54,575 bases of DNA from positions 1 through 54,575 of the forward strand of contig CAMDAX010000001.1 in the NCBI GenBank assembly GCA_945888885.1, given 5' to 3'. Of this stretch, positions 10,615 through 21,585 are shown piece after piece (the stretch's first letter is position 1; each line of letters starts with the position of its first letter). The notes beneath the pieces are model-generated. The model saw only the letters and a list, made by a program, of their open reading frames with translations. It ran no database searches and was not told the origin of the DNA. Position numbers and translations under genes: made by a program. Origin of the DNA: Nitrosovibrio sp. Nv4. GTDB taxonomy: Bacteria; Pseudomonadota; Gammaproteobacteria; Burkholderiales; Nitrosomonadaceae.

Positions 10615-11799
10615 ATGAAAGCACGGGAAGTGGTGATATTGAGCGGCGTCCGTACCGCCATCGGCGATTACGGTGGCACGCTCAAGGATGTTGCCGCCAC
10701 AGAACTGGCGACAACAGTGGTGCGCGCAGCGGTGGCTCGTGCCGGGATCGATCCCAACGAAGCTGGACACCTGGTTTTCGGCAATGTGATACACGGCGAG
10801 GCCCGAGATCTATATCTCGCACGCGTAGCCTGCATCAACGCTGGCCTGCCGCAGAGTACCTCCGCACTGACCTTGAATCGCTTGTGCGGCAGCGGTCTGC
10901 AGGCAATCATCTCCGCCGCGCAAACCATCCTGCTGAGCGACACCGATGCGGCCGTTGCAGGCGGCGCGGAGTCCATGAGTCGCGGCGGGTATCTGCTGCC
11001 GGCGCTACGCTGGGGGCAGCGTATGAATGATGGCACTACTGTAGACATGATGGTAGGTGCACTGACCGACCCCTTCGATAACGTGCATATGGGTATTACC
11101 GCAGAAAACATCGCCATTAAATGGGACATCAGCCGCGCAGAGCAGGACAGATTTGCGCTGGAAAGTCACCGCCGCGCCATCAACGCCATCAGTAATGGCT
11201 ATTTCAAAGAACAAATACAGCCAATTGAGCTGAAAACCCGTAGCGGTACGGCAATTTTTGATACCGACGAGCATCCGCGTGCGAATGTGAGTGTCGAAGT
11301 CCTGGCCGGACTGCGCCCAGTGTTCCAAAAAAATGGCACGGTCACGGCTGGCAACGCTTCCGGTATCAGCGATAGCGCGGCGGCAGTAGTGCTGATGGAC
11401 CGCAGTTCCGCCGAGAAGCGCGGTCTCAAACCGATGGCGCGACTGGTATCCTACGCTCACGCCGGGGTCGATCCAAAATACATGGGCATCGGCCCGGTAC
11501 CAGCGGTGCAAAATGCCCTGAAGCGCGCCAACCTTACGGTGACTAACATGGACGTGATTGAGTCCAATGAGGCCTTTGCTGCTCAGGCATGCGCGGTAGC
11601 GAAAGAGCTGCATTTCGATCCGCTAAAAACCAATCCTAACGGCGGTGCGATAGCGCTGGGGCACCCTATAGGTGCGACCGGCTGCATCCTCACGATCAAG
11701 GCAATTTACGAGCTGCACCGCAGTGGCGGACGCTATGCGCTGGTGACCATGTGCATCGGTGGTGGTCAGGGCATCGCAGCGATATTCGAACGTCTGTAA
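10615..11799 (+). CDS. Acetyl-CoA C-acetyltransferase (thiolase II)
   Basis: 394 aa with [11 protein letters not shown] (active-site Cys), [21 protein letters not shown] and CIGGGQG. Confidence 0.9.
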   Translation: MKAREVVILSGVRTAIGDYGGTLKDVAATELATTVVRAAVARAGIDPNEAGHLVFGNVIHGEARDLYLARVACINAGLPQSTSALTLNRLCGSGLQAIISAAQTILLSDTDAAVAGGAESMSRGGYLLPALRWGQRMNDGTTVDMMVGALTDPFDNVHMGITAENIAIKWDISRAEQDRFALESHRRAINAISNGYFKEQIQPIELKTRSGTAIFDTDEHPRANVSVEVLAGLRPVFQKNGTVTAGNASGISDSAAAVVLMDRSSAEKRGLKPMARLVSYAHAGVDPKYMGIGPVPAVQNALKRANLTVTNMDVIESNEAFAAQACAVAKELHFDPLKTNPNGGAIALGHPIGATGCILTIKAIYELHRSGGRYALVTMCIGGGQGIAAIFERL

Positions 11800-11833
11800 C
11801 ACAAGTATTTTCCACAAACAGGAATGGAAAGAC

Positions 11834-13468
11834 ATGTCTACCCTTACTCAGTCTCCTGCCTGGCTTGCGTTGCAGGTCCACCAGCCAATCATGGCAGAGC
11901 AGCATTTGCGCGAATTATTTGCGCAGGATAACCGGCGCTTCGATAAATTCTCGTTGCAGTTTAACGATATTCTGCTGGATTACTCCAAGCATCCTGTCAG
12001 TATGGCGACTATCACTCTGCTGTTGACACTTGCCCGCCAACAAGGACTGGAGGACTGGATTGCTCAGATGTTTCGCGGAGAGAAAGTAAACAATACCGAA
12101 GGCCGTGCCGCTTTGCATAGTGCGCTGCGCGGCGAGAGTCCGGTGTTGGTAGACGGTATCGATGTCATGCCTGCGATCAGACGGGTGTTGACGCAGATGG
12201 AGGGATACTCGAACGCTGTGCGCAGCGGTGAGCTAAAAGGCTACTCCGGTAGTCCCTTTACCGATGTGGTCAATATTGGTATCGGCGGCTCCGATCTGGG
12301 GCCGGCGATGGTGGTCGAAGCACTCAGACCTTATGGCTCACCCCACCTTGTTTCACACTTCGTTTCAAATATCGACGGCACCCATCTTGCCGAAACGTTG
12401 CGGCGACTGAACCCTGAAACCACGCTGTTCATTATTGCCTCGAAAACTTTTACGACTCAGGAAACTATGGCCAATGCCCGCGCTGCGCGGGAATGGTTCC
12501 TTACCCACGGCGGCAAGGAACAGGATGTAGCCACTCATTTCGTTGCGATTTCCACCAACTGTATAGAGGTGGAAAAATTTGGTATCGATCCCGGCAACAT
12601 GTTTGAGTTCTGGGACTGGGTGGGCGGACGCTATTCACTGTGGTCGGCAATCGGCCTACCGATTGCACTTGCGACAGGCATGGAGAATTTTTATGCGCTG
12701 CTTGCTGGAGCAAGGGAAATGGACCAACATTTCACCGGTACACCGCTGGAACATAATCTACCAGTCATGCTCAGCCTCATCGGTATCTGGCAGATTAATT
12801 TCTGTGGCACCGGAACCCATGCGGTGCTACCTTATGATCAATATCTGCAACGCTTCCCCGCTTATCTGCAACAACTGGAGATGGAGAGCAATGGCAAACG
12901 TACAGACCGTGACGGCAACACGGTAGACTATAGTACCGGCGTGGCAGTATGGGGCGAGCCTGGAACCAACGGCCAGCATGCTTTTTACCAGTTGCTGCAT
13001 CAGGGCACGCAAACCATTTCGGCAGATTTCCTGGCGCCCTGCCAAAGCTACAATCCCATCGGCAACCATCATCGCCTGTTGCTGGCCAATTTCTTTGCTC
13101 AAACCGAAGCACTGATGCGTGGTAAGAGTACAAACGAAGCCCGTACCGAACTTGAAGCTCAGGGAATGGCCGGAGAACCACTGGAAAAGCTGCTGCCACA
13201 CAAGATTTTCCCCGGGAATCATCCCACCACTTCCATCCTGTTCAGGAAACTGGATCCCAAAACCCTGGGGTCGCTCATCGCCCTTTATGAACACAAGGTA
13301 TTTGTACAAAGTGTGATCTGGAACATAAACCCATTCGATCAGTGGGGAGTGGAACTGGGCAAACAACTCGCCGGAACAATCCTGACCGAACTAGAGCAGA
13401 ACGTACCAGTGACCACCCATGATGCCTCCACCAACGGGTTAATAAATTATTTCAAGGCAAATCGGTGA
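11834..13468 (+). CDS. pgi: Glucose-6-phosphate isomerase
   Basis: [19 protein letters not shown] and ELGKQLA motifs. I chose the ATG at 11834 ([10 protein letters not shown]) because the ORF-track start at 11759 overlaps the thiolase 3' end. Confidence 0.93.
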   Translation: MSTLTQSPAWLALQVHQPIMAEQHLRELFAQDNRRFDKFSLQFNDILLDYSKHPVSMATITLLLTLARQQGLEDWIAQMFRGEKVNNTEGRAALHSALRGESPVLVDGIDVMPAIRRVLTQMEGYSNAVRSGELKGYSGSPFTDVVNIGIGGSDLGPAMVVEALRPYGSPHLVSHFVSNIDGTHLAETLRRLNPETTLFIIASKTFTTQETMANARAAREWFLTHGGKEQDVATHFVAISTNCIEVEKFGIDPGNMFEFWDWVGGRYSLWSAIGLPIALATGMENFYALLAGAREMDQHFTGTPLEHNLPVMLSLIGIWQINFCGTGTHAVLPYDQYLQRFPAYLQQLEMESNGKRTDRDGNTVDYSTGVAVWGEPGTNGQHAFYQLLHQGTQTISADFLAPCQSYNPIGNHHRLLLANFFAQTEALMRGKSTNEARTELEAQGMAGEPLEKLLPHKIFPGNHPTTSILFRKLDPKTLGSLIALYEHKVFVQSVIWNINPFDQWGVELGKQLAGTILTELEQNVPVTTHDASTNGLINYFKANR

Positions 13469-13570
13469 CACTAGGGAGGCAGTTCCGGTTTCGCTGATTG
13501 TTGCAGCATACGAACATCAGCGGGATCGGGCTAAAAATGCCAAATGAAACACAACGTATAAATTCACTCC

Positions 13571-15067
13571 ATGCCTCTTACCCCATCACGCTCCGATCTT
13601 AGTGTTCTGTTCATTACATCCGAAGTCCACCCTCTTAACAAAACCGGCGGTCTGGGTGATGTTAGTGCAGCCCTTCCGGCGGCGCTGCGGCAACTAGGAG
13701 TAGACGTACGCCTGCTGATTCCCGGCTATCCACAAGTGCTGGCAGGACTTAAATACAAGCGCAAAGTGACGGAGCTTGCTGGCCTATCGCAATTTCCACC
13801 AGCCGCGCTGCTATCCGCCAAACTGCCGGTAAGTGCATCCGTAGACGTTCCCGTATTCATCATTGACTGCCCCGGACTCTACCGGCGTGAAGGTGGTCCA
13901 TACATGGACGTGGCCGGACGTGACTGGCCGGATAATGCACTGCGTTTCGGTCTGCTCGCAAAAATCGGAGCAATTCTGGCATGTGACGCCAGTCCGCTCG
14001 CCTGGCGTCCGCAGGTGGTCCACTGCAACGACTGGCAAAGCGGCCTCACGCCAGCATATCTGCATTTTTATCGGGGAATAAAAGCAGCATCTCTGATGGC
14101 CATACATAACCTCGCTTTTCAGGGCATATTTCCACCCGGCACCATAACCCAGCTGGGGTTACCTATCTCCAGCTTCGACATCAACGGTGTTGAATACCAC
14201 GGGAGAATGTCATTTCTCAAGGCCGGGCTCTATTATGCCGATCACATCGTCAGCGTCAGCCCCACCTATGCCAGGGAAATCCAAACAGCACCACTGGGTT
14301 TTGGTTTTCAAGGCTTGCTGGCAGGACGCCGCAAACATCTCAACGGTATTATCAATGGCATCGATGCCGTTGAATGGGATCCCGCTACCGATCCCTGTCT
14401 TGTACGCAATTACACTGCTAACAAACTTGCTGCCAAGACTGCCAATAAACGTGCATTGCAACAGGCGCTGGGATTAACGGTAGATCCGGATATTTTATTT
14501 TTTGGCGCAGTAGGCCGCTTTACTCAACAAAAAGGTTACGACCTGCTGCTGCAGGTCGCGCCGCAATTGACCAAGATTCCCGCACAACTGGTCGTTCTAG
14601 GTAGCGGTGAAGCGGCGCTGCAACAGCAGATGACGATGTTGGCAAAAACTTACCCAGGGAAAATCGCTGTGCGCATCGGTTTTGACGAAACGCTATCGCA
14701 CTTGATCGAGGCAGGCGCCGATAGCTTTCTGATGCCATCACGCTTTGAACCTTGTGGTTTGAACCAGATGTACAGCCAACGCTACGGTACGCCACCACTG
14801 GTGCACGCCACTGGCGGTCTGCTCGACACGGTGGTGGACTGCACCCCGGCAACGCTCGCGGACGGAAGTGCCAGCGGTTTTCTATTCCATACCATGACCC
14901 CTGGTCATTTTCTCGCTGCCATCCGGCGCGTCGCTATCATCTACCACGACAAACCAACCTGGCGCCGTTTGCAGAAAAATGGTATGGCTAAAGATTTCAG
15001 TTGGCACCCCAGCGCTGCTGCCTACCGAGAAATATACTTGGCGCTGCTATCCCGTCTATCGAAATAA
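13571..15067 (+). CDS. glgA: Glycogen synthase (ADP-glucose type, GT5)
   Basis: 498 aa with SEVHPLNKTGGLGDV (the KTGGL motif) and PSRFEPCGLNQMY. Confidence 0.93.
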   Translation: MPLTPSRSDLSVLFITSEVHPLNKTGGLGDVSAALPAALRQLGVDVRLLIPGYPQVLAGLKYKRKVTELAGLSQFPPAALLSAKLPVSASVDVPVFIIDCPGLYRREGGPYMDVAGRDWPDNALRFGLLAKIGAILACDASPLAWRPQVVHCNDWQSGLTPAYLHFYRGIKAASLMAIHNLAFQGIFPPGTITQLGLPISSFDINGVEYHGRMSFLKAGLYYADHIVSVSPTYAREIQTAPLGFGFQGLLAGRRKHLNGIINGIDAVEWDPATDPCLVRNYTANKLAAKTANKRALQQALGLTVDPDILFFGAVGRFTQQKGYDLLLQVAPQLTKIPAQLVVLGSGEAALQQQMTMLAKTYPGKIAVRIGFDETLSHLIEAGADSFLMPSRFEPCGLNQMYSQRYGTPPLVHATGGLLDTVVDCTPATLADGSASGFLFHTMTPGHFLAAIRRVAIIYHDKPTWRRLQKNGMAKDFSWHPSAAAYREIYLALLSRLSK

Positions 15068-15131
15068 AGACATGCCAACTCGATTGCACCAAAACTAAAA
15101 CGAAAAGTGTAGCCCTCCTCTGATGATCACC

Positions 15132-17687
15132 TCATAGCCACACCATCATGCCCATTTCCAGCGGATGCGTCAGTAGCGGTTGATATGGATAAATGCGGAT
15201 GTAATATTCCAGTTTACCGCACAATTCCGGGGCAAGATTCAGTTTAAACAGATGCTCGCCCGTTTCCATCATGCCGCTGGACTCAAACCTGAAATGCTTG
15301 AAATCGCACAGCTTGCTCTTCTTTAACTGACGGCACATCAACAGTTCCACTATCACATCTTCAGGCTGTAAGCCATTCAGTCTTACGGCGATACTGAAAT
15401 CTACCACATCGCCAAAATTGATGCGTTTGCTCGGGGTATCCAGTCGGCGCAGCGTCACCCCACCCCACATATTTCTCACATTGGCCTTCCAGGCAGCAAC
15501 TCTCTTGGCGCCATCGAAACCGTTCTCAGTATAGAGCGCACCTTGATTGCTAGCTGGCAGATAGAAATTATTCAGGTATTCATCTAGCATGCGCATAGCA
15601 TTGTAACGCGGCAACAGTGACGCCATCGAATGCTTGGCCATTCCTACCCATTCTGGTGAGTAACCGAGTTTGTCACGATTGTAATAGAGCGGCACCACAC
15701 GATCCTGCAGAATTTCATAGAGAGTCTGACTCTCTTCTTTGTCGCGCAGTGTGGGCGGCATATCCTCTGGTCCAGGCTTGATAGCCCAGCCATTCTTGCC
15801 GTCGTAGCCCTCTCCCCACCAACCGTCGAGTACGCTCAGATTAATTGCCCCGTTGATGCCTGCCTTTATCCCTGAAGTACCGCTTGCCTCCAGTGGGTAC
15901 ACCGGGTTGTTGAGCCACACATCTACTCCTGCCACCAACCGCCGGGCAAGCCGCAGATCATAGCCTTCGATTAGCAGAAGCCGCCCTTCAAATTCTGGCA
16001 GTCGCGCGACCTGACTGATACGCCGGATCAAGTCCTGACCAGGGATATCCGCCGGATGCGCCTTGCCGGCAAAGATCAGCAGCACTGGACGTTCTTGGTC
16101 AAGAATAATTTTGCGTAACCAGTCGAGATTCTCAAATAGCAATGTAGCGCGTTTATAAGTAGCGAAACGACGGGCAAAACCGATGGTCAAAATATTTGGG
16201 TTAATTGGGTCGGTGAGCTTGAGCAATCGGTCAAGATGCGCTTCAGAGCCATGATTACGGGAATTCTGTGCGGCGAGATGGGAGTGTACGCCATAGAGCA
16301 TTTGCGATTTTAGCGACTGTCGCACGCTCCAGAATTGATGGTCAGGAATCGTCTCGATGCGCGACCAGTACTCGGTGTCGCACAGCATGTTACGCCACTC
16401 GTGACCGAGATGGCGGTCAAACAGGTCGGACCATTCCTGTGCCAAGAAAGTTGGCACATGCACACCATTGGTAATGTACCCCATCGGATTCTCTTCCGGC
16501 TCAATCTGCGGCCATAAATTCCGGCAGATGCGCGCCGATACATGCCCATGTATTTTGCTCACACCATTATGCGAGCGCGAGCTGTGGATGGCGAGCGTAG
16601 TCATGTTAAAGTCAGAGCTGCCGGGAGTAAGGCCCAGTGCCATGAACTCCTCACGGGCGATTCCAAGGTCACGGTAGAATCCTTCAAAATACGTCTGCAT
16701 CATATCTGCATTAAAATGATCGTGCCCTGCTGGCACTGCGGTATGAGTAGTGAACACCGTGCTCACTGCCACTGCTTCCAATGCGCTGGCAAAATCCAGA
16801 CCCTGCTGCACCAGATTACGCATGCGTTCCAGCATCATGAACGCAGCATGCCCTTCGTTGATATGCCACACCGTCGGCCGCAAGCCCACCGCTTGCAATG
16901 CGCGCACACCGCCGACACCAAGTATGATTTCCTGCTCGATACGCATGACTTCATTCCCACCGTAAAGCTGATGGGTGATATCGCGATCCTGCAAAGAGTT
17001 TTCCGGCAAGTCGACATCAAGCAGATAGAGCGTCACATGACCTACCTGCGCCTGCCACACTTTTATCTCCACCTTGCGCTGCGGCAATTCCACTTCTACC
17101 CGCACCTCCGAACCATCTGCGTGCAGCGCCGGTGCCACCGGCAAATCTTCGAAATCAGAATCGGTGTAGGTAACTTGTTGGTTACCCTGGGTATCGATAG
17201 TCTGGAAGAAATAGCCCTGACGGTAGAGCAGGCCGACTCCGACAAAAGGTAGATGTAGATCACTTGCTGCCTTGCAGTGGTCACCAGCCAAGATGCCAAG
17301 GCCACCAGAATAAATCGGAAAACTTTCATGAAAACCAAATTCGAAGCAAAAATATGCCACTTGATCATGTGGACGCAGGCCGTTGGTGCCGTTGTCCCGT
17401 AATTCCTCGGAATGATAAGAATCGTAAGATGATAAAATGCTGTTGTAATTAGCTAGGAATACTTGATCCTCCGCCGCTTTCAGTAGCAGAGACTCATCCA
17501 GGCGCTTGAGAAAAGCTTTAGGGTTATGCCCCACTGCCCCCCATAAACCAGGATCCAGACGGGAAAACAGTGAGCGTGTGGATCGATCCCAGCTGTACCA
17601 GAGATTATTGGCCAACTCCTCCAGACGCACCAGACGGCGGGGAATTTTTGGATTGACGGCAATGGTGAATACAGTACCGGAGGACAT
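15132..17687 (-). CDS. glgP: Alpha-glucan phosphorylase (GT35, alpha-glucan-family type)
   Basis: EASGTSGIKAGINGAINLSVLDGWW carries the PLP-Lys motif. The N-terminus reads NLWYSWD. The ATG at 17687 is preceded by aaggagag 6 nt upstream, so it is preferred over the ORF-track start at 17717. Confidence 0.9.
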   Translation of the reverse strand: MSSGTVFTIAVNPKIPRRLVRLEELANNLWYSWDRSTRSLFSRLDPGLWGAVGHNPKAFLKRLDESLLLKAAEDQVFLANYNSILSSYDSYHSEELRDNGTNGLRPHDQVAYFCFEFGFHESFPIYSGGLGILAGDHCKAASDLHLPFVGVGLLYRQGYFFQTIDTQGNQQVTYTDSDFEDLPVAPALHADGSEVRVEVELPQRKVEIKVWQAQVGHVTLYLLDVDLPENSLQDRDITHQLYGGNEVMRIEQEIILGVGGVRALQAVGLRPTVWHINEGHAAFMMLERMRNLVQQGLDFASALEAVAVSTVFTTHTAVPAGHDHFNADMMQTYFEGFYRDLGIAREEFMALGLTPGSSDFNMTTLAIHSSRSHNGVSKIHGHVSARICRNLWPQIEPEENPMGYITNGVHVPTFLAQEWSDLFDRHLGHEWRNMLCDTEYWSRIETIPDHQFWSVRQSLKSQMLYGVHSHLAAQNSRNHGSEAHLDRLLKLTDPINPNILTIGFARRFATYKRATLLFENLDWLRKIILDQERPVLLIFAGKAHPADIPGQDLIRRISQVARLPEFEGRLLLIEGYDLRLARRLVAGVDVWLNNPVYPLEASGTSGIKAGINGAINLSVLDGWWGEGYDGKNGWAIKPGPEDMPPTLRDKEESQTLYEILQDRVVPLYYNRDKLGYSPEWVGMAKHSMASLLPRYNAMRMLDEYLNNFYLPASNQGALYTENGFDGAKRVAAWKANVRNMWGGVTLRRLDTPSKRINFGDVVDFSIAVRLNGLQPEDVIVELLMCRQLKKSKLCDFKHFRFESSGMMETGEHLFKLNLAPELCGKLEYYIRIYPYQPLLTHPLEMGMMVWL

Positions 17688-17904
17688 TTGTAACTCTCCT
17701 TGACAGCGGGTAGACAATAGGTGCTATGGGCACCCCTAATAATCCGGATTTCGTCACAATACTTCGTTGCTCAAAAAAACGTTTCCTTACATATCCATCA
17801 TATGCCGGGTCTACATTTTTTGTTCCCGCCTTGTTTTGTTTAGAGCTTCGAATTATTAGAGGAGTCCTTATTTCAAGCTAGAAAGTAAATTGCGCATTGC
17901 ACTA

Positions 17905-18450
17905 CTACGCTCTGATGAAATGCTCGCGGTAATATTTCATTTCGATAATGGAGTCATAAATATCCGCCAGTGCTTCGTGCTTGCTTTGCTTGGTCAAACC
18001 GGCGGCAATTTCTGGTTTCCAGCGTTTGACCAACTCCTTCAGAGTGCTCACATCTAGATTACGATAATGAAAATATGCTTCCAGTCGTGGCATGGAACGT
18101 GCCAGGAAGCGGCGATCCTGGCAAATGGAATTGCCGCACATGGGAGAAGTCCCAGGTGGAACATGCTGCTGCAGAAATTCAATCATGCTTGCCTCCACTT
18201 CAGGTTCCGTCAGTTTTGACACCTTGATCTTGTCGATCAGACCGGATTTGGCGTGAGTGGATTTATTCCAGTTATCCATCCCATCCAACACCGCGTCTAG
18301 TTGATGTACTACCAGCACCGGTGCTTCCGCCACCACGTTCAACTGCGAATCGGTCACGACCAGAGCCACTTCGATGATGCAATCTCGATCCGGGCTGAGC
18401 CCGCTCATTTCCATGTCGATCCAGATGAGGTTACCGCTATCTTGTGCCAT
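17905..18450 (-). CDS. orn: Oligoribonuclease
   Basis: [11 protein letters not shown] (DEDDh exonuclease motif I) and [11 protein letters not shown] (motif III). The ATG at 18450 has an aggaaagg SD. Confidence 0.9.
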   Translation of the reverse strand: MAQDSGNLIWIDMEMSGLSPDRDCIIEVALVVTDSQLNVVAEAPVLVVHQLDAVLDGMDNWNKSTHAKSGLIDKIKVSKLTEPEVEASMIEFLQQHVPPGTSPMCGNSICQDRRFLARSMPRLEAYFHYRNLDVSTLKELVKRWKPEIAAGLTKQSKHEALADIYDSIIEMKYYREHFIRA

Positions 18451-18549
18451 AATCCAACCCTTTCCTGAATTTTCAGAATGCAATTGTGTCATAACAGCAG
18501 CAGTCCGTCACGCTCACTGCCCTTTACTAACCTCTAGTCTCAATTGTCC

Positions 18550-19863
18550 ATGCAAATCTTCACCGCTATCTTTCTTGCCGCCCTGCTGCTCACCACCTCT
18601 GTCCGCATGTGGCTTGCAACGCGGCATATTCGCCACGTCCACGCCCACCGCGACAATGTACCCGACAGCTTTTCTGCGCTAATTGATCTGACAGCACACC
18701 AGAAAGCAGCTGACTATACTTGCGCCAAAACCCGTCTCGGTTATCTCAATATATTGCTGGAAACGGCACTGCTATTGGCGCTTACTCTAGGAGGCGGGTT
18801 GAATGCTTTAGCCGCTTTCTGGTCGGAATGGCTGGGTGTCCCAACTTCACTCGATGGAAGTTTATTGAATTACCCATTGATGCACGGCATGGCATTGATT
18901 ATCAGTACGATGCTGCTGATGAGTTTAGTAGAAATTCCCCTGAGTTACTATCGCACTTTTGTCATCGAGCAACAATTCGGTTTCAATAAAATGACACCTA
19001 CCATGTTTTTTGCTGATCTCATCAAGCAAACTGCGCTGGGTATGCTGCTCGGTATACCACTGCTGTTGGGTGTGCTGTGGATGATGGAGAAAATGGGCAT
19101 GCACTGGTGGCTCTACACCTGGTTCGCATGGATGGCATTCAACCTGCTGATTCTGACTATCTACCCCACCTGGATTGCACCGCTATTCAACAAATTCACG
19201 CCGTTGACAGATGCTGCACTCAAAGTTCGTATCGAACAACTACTACAAAAATGCGGCTTCAAGTCCAGTGGGCTGTTTGTGATGGATGGCTCGCGCCGCA
19301 GCAGTCACGGCAATGCTTATTTCACCGGCTTCGGCAAGACCAAGCGTATCGTTTTCTTCGACACTTTGCTTTCGCGTCTAGATGCACCTGAAATCGAAGC
19401 GGTTCTGGCACATGAACTGGGACATTTCAAACGCCGCCACGTCATTAAACGTATCATCTGGACTTTCGCCATGAGCCTGATATTCTTGTGGGGACTCGGC
19501 TACCTGATGCAGCAAGATTGGTTTTATCAGGGGTTGGGCGTGACCGTTGCAGCCGTACCTTCCACCGCGATAGCGCTATTGCTGTTTTTTCTGGTGATGC
19601 CCGCGTTCACGTTCATGTTGCAGCCGCTGTCCAGCCTATATTCACGCAAACACGAGTTCGAAGCCGACGAATACGCCGCAGGCAAGGCCTCTGCTACTGA
19701 TCTCGTCCGAGCGTTGGTAAAGCTCTACCAGGACAATGCCGCAACGCTGACTCCCGACCCGCTGCATTCAGCGTTTTATGATTCTCATCCGCCTGCTGCT
19801 TTAAGAATAGCGCGGCTGCAGAACCTGGCGCATAATCCTAAATCCGGCAGTTGGACGGGGTAG
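18550..19863 (+). CDS. M48-family (Ste24/HtpX-like) zinc metallopeptidase, polytopic membrane protein
   Basis: HELGHFKRRH (HEXXH) plus a downstream EFEADEYA, and multiple TM helices. The ORF track opens with TTG at 18544; the first ATG is at 18550. Confidence 0.8.
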   Translation: MQIFTAIFLAALLLTTSVRMWLATRHIRHVHAHRDNVPDSFSALIDLTAHQKAADYTCAKTRLGYLNILLETALLLALTLGGGLNALAAFWSEWLGVPTSLDGSLLNYPLMHGMALIISTMLLMSLVEIPLSYYRTFVIEQQFGFNKMTPTMFFADLIKQTALGMLLGIPLLLGVLWMMEKMGMHWWLYTWFAWMAFNLLILTIYPTWIAPLFNKFTPLTDAALKVRIEQLLQKCGFKSSGLFVMDGSRRSSHGNAYFTGFGKTKRIVFFDTLLSRLDAPEIEAVLAHELGHFKRRHVIKRIIWTFAMSLIFLWGLGYLMQQDWFYQGLGVTVAAVPSTAIALLLFFLVMPAFTFMLQPLSSLYSRKHEFEADEYAAGKASATDLVRALVKLYQDNAATLTPDPLHSAFYDSHPPAALRIARLQNLAHNPKSGSWTG

Positions 19864-19984
19864 AGTGTGCGGTTTTTTGGGTGCAGGGCAAGGCGCAACG
19901 ACGCGGAATGGTTGTTCCATTCCAAGAAGTTGCAACACAGCCATGTGCCGCAAAAACTATGCAATCTACCCTGTAGCAGACTTA

Positions 19985-20080
19985 CCAAAAAGGTGAAAGA
20001 TAAATACTACATACTACAAAAAGTTACTATGTGTCATGGTGTTAAACTAAAAAACGATCGATTAACTGCCGGATTTAGGA
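19985..20080 (+). repeat. Copy 2 of the ~90-nt intergenic repeat (see 147..233)
   Basis: Same sequence blocks and orientation as copy 1. It ends 20 nt upstream of the phhB ATG. Confidence 0.8.
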
Positions 20081-20099
20081 ATCACTAGCAGGAGAAACA

Positions 20100-20441
20100 A
20101 TGGGTACTTTCGTCTGTGATCTCGCAACCAAACAATGCAAACCCTGCGAAGGCGGCGTGCCGCCGCTCACGTCCATTGAAATTGCCATGCTAATGCCGCA
20201 GCTTGAAGGCTGGGAGCTTCTCGACAAACAGATCGGAAAAACCTACGACTTTAAAAACTATTACCAGACCATGGCATTCGTCAACGCAATCGCATGGGTT
20301 TCACACCGTGAAGACCATCACCCGGATATGACAGTCGGCTACAATAAGTGCCGCGTGGAATACACCACTCACGCCGTCAATGGATTATCTGAAAATGATT
20401 TTATTTGCGCGGCGAAGATCGATGCCCTGTTCCAGATTTGA
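20100..20441 (+). CDS. phhB: Pterin-4a-carbinolamine dehydratase (PCD/DCoH)
   Basis: 113 aa with the canonical spacing HHP-x5-Y-x9-H-x8-D (DHHPDMTVGYNKCRVEYTTHAVNGLSEND). An aggaga SD lies upstream. Confidence 0.85.
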   Translation: MGTFVCDLATKQCKPCEGGVPPLTSIEIAMLMPQLEGWELLDKQIGKTYDFKNYYQTMAFVNAIAWVSHREDHHPDMTVGYNKCRVEYTTHAVNGLSENDFICAAKIDALFQI

Positions 20442-21355
20442 GTCCGGCCCATAACTCCTCGTCTGCTTCACCATCACCTATTGCAGGACAGATAGTCGCT
20501 GCATTCGGCAGGCATTATCTAGTCGAAACCGAAAGCGGGGTAACTCTGTCCTGCGTGATGCGCGGTAAGAAAGGTGGTGCCGCCTGCGGCGACCGGGTGT
20601 TAGTCCAATCTACCACTCCCGAACAAGGTGTGATCGAAACTATTCTGCCGCGTACCACGCTACTGTACCGCAGCGACGCTTTCCGCGAAAAGCTAATCGC
20701 TGCCAATGTCACCCAAATCGTTATCGTAGTAGCCGCCGTTCCCAGCTTCAGTGAAGAACTGGTAAACCGTTGCTTCGCCGCTGCCGAAAGTCAGCGTATC
20801 AAAGCGTTAATTGTGCTTAACAAAGTGGATATTGTTGGCCCCACTCGCATTGCCGCTGCTTCTCTCTTACTCTATCGAGAACTGGGCTATCCTCTGCTGC
20901 AACTCAGCGCCAAGGATGATGTCACACCGCTGCTACCGTATCTGCAAGGCCAACTCAGTGTTCTGGTAGGACAATCAGGCATGGGCAAATCCACTCTCAT
21001 CAATGCGCTCATTCCGACTGCAGAACGCGCCACTGCCGAAATTTCTGTTGCCCTCGATACTGGCCGCCATACCACTACCCACGCGCGACTCTATCACCTT
21101 GATCAAAGTAGTCACCTCATCGACTCCCCCGGCATGCAGGAATTCGGTCTGCATCATATTGACAGCGCGGATTTAGCGTGGGGATTCGTCGAATTTCATC
21201 CCTATCTCGGACAATGCAAATTTAGTAATTGCCGTCACACTGGCGAACCCGGTTGCGCGCTGGCACAAGCGGCTGAAGAAGGAAGAGTCAATGTACGGCG
21301 GCTTGGTTTCTACCGGAAGCTGGCCGCATCACTGGGTGCTGCGCCACGTAAGTAA
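20438..21355 (+). CDS. rsgA: Ribosome small-subunit-dependent GTPase A
   Basis: VLNKVDI, GQSGMGKSTLINAL (circularly permuted GTPase) and a C-terminal zinc-finger CKFSNCRHTGEPGC. The start is uncertain. A TTG at 20438 overlaps the phhB stop, and there is no in-frame ATG before residue 52. Confidence 0.88.
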   Translation: MSPAHNSSSASPSPIAGQIVAAFGRHYLVETESGVTLSCVMRGKKGGAACGDRVLVQSTTPEQGVIETILPRTTLLYRSDAFREKLIAANVTQIVIVVAAVPSFSEELVNRCFAAAESQRIKALIVLNKVDIVGPTRIAAASLLLYRELGYPLLQLSAKDDVTPLLPYLQGQLSVLVGQSGMGKSTLINALIPTAERATAEISVALDTGRHTTTHARLYHLDQSSHLIDSPGMQEFGLHHIDSADLAWGFVEFHPYLGQCKFSNCRHTGEPGCALAQAAEEGRVNVRRLGFYRKLAASLGAAPRK

Positions 21356-21585
21356 GTACTGGCGTTTTAGTATGAAACTGTCGGCCCTTCCACCTAGAGG
21401 CAGTCTGAAATCAGGCACATGCCACGAAATTCCTTCAATCTGGAGCGTAGCGCCGTAACCACTTTCTGTGCCTGCTCTTCCTGGCAGGCGAGAATCTGGC
21501 ATGAACGACACAAAAAAGTGGTGCCACCAGCAACTCCGTCTTGAACTGGCGACATCGCTTGTTGTGGTCCCTGCTAAGCCGTTTT

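Noticed and set aside
16542-17252. Long antisense ORFs inside real genes, for example 16542..17252 (236 aa), 40655..41368 (237 aa), 11005..11613 (202 aa), 12827..13366 (179 aa), 22168..22677 (169 aa) and 530..984
   Set aside because: Each lies opposite a gene with strong family motifs (glgP, pilQ, thiolase, pgi, CA-like gene, YeeE). Each has Arg/Ser/Cys-rich low-complexity composition typical of shadow ORFs, and none has recognisable motifs.
20100-20441. The PCD/DCoH protein could be an acRAF-like RuBisCO assembly factor, given the carbon-fixation context
   Set aside because: It keeps the full catalytic HHP-x5-Y-x9-H-x8-D pattern of genuine pterin carbinolamine dehydratases. It sits in an M48-phhB-rsgA unit about 1 kb away from, and on the opposite strand to, the DAB-like region. 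No RuBisCO or carboxysome genes are in the window.
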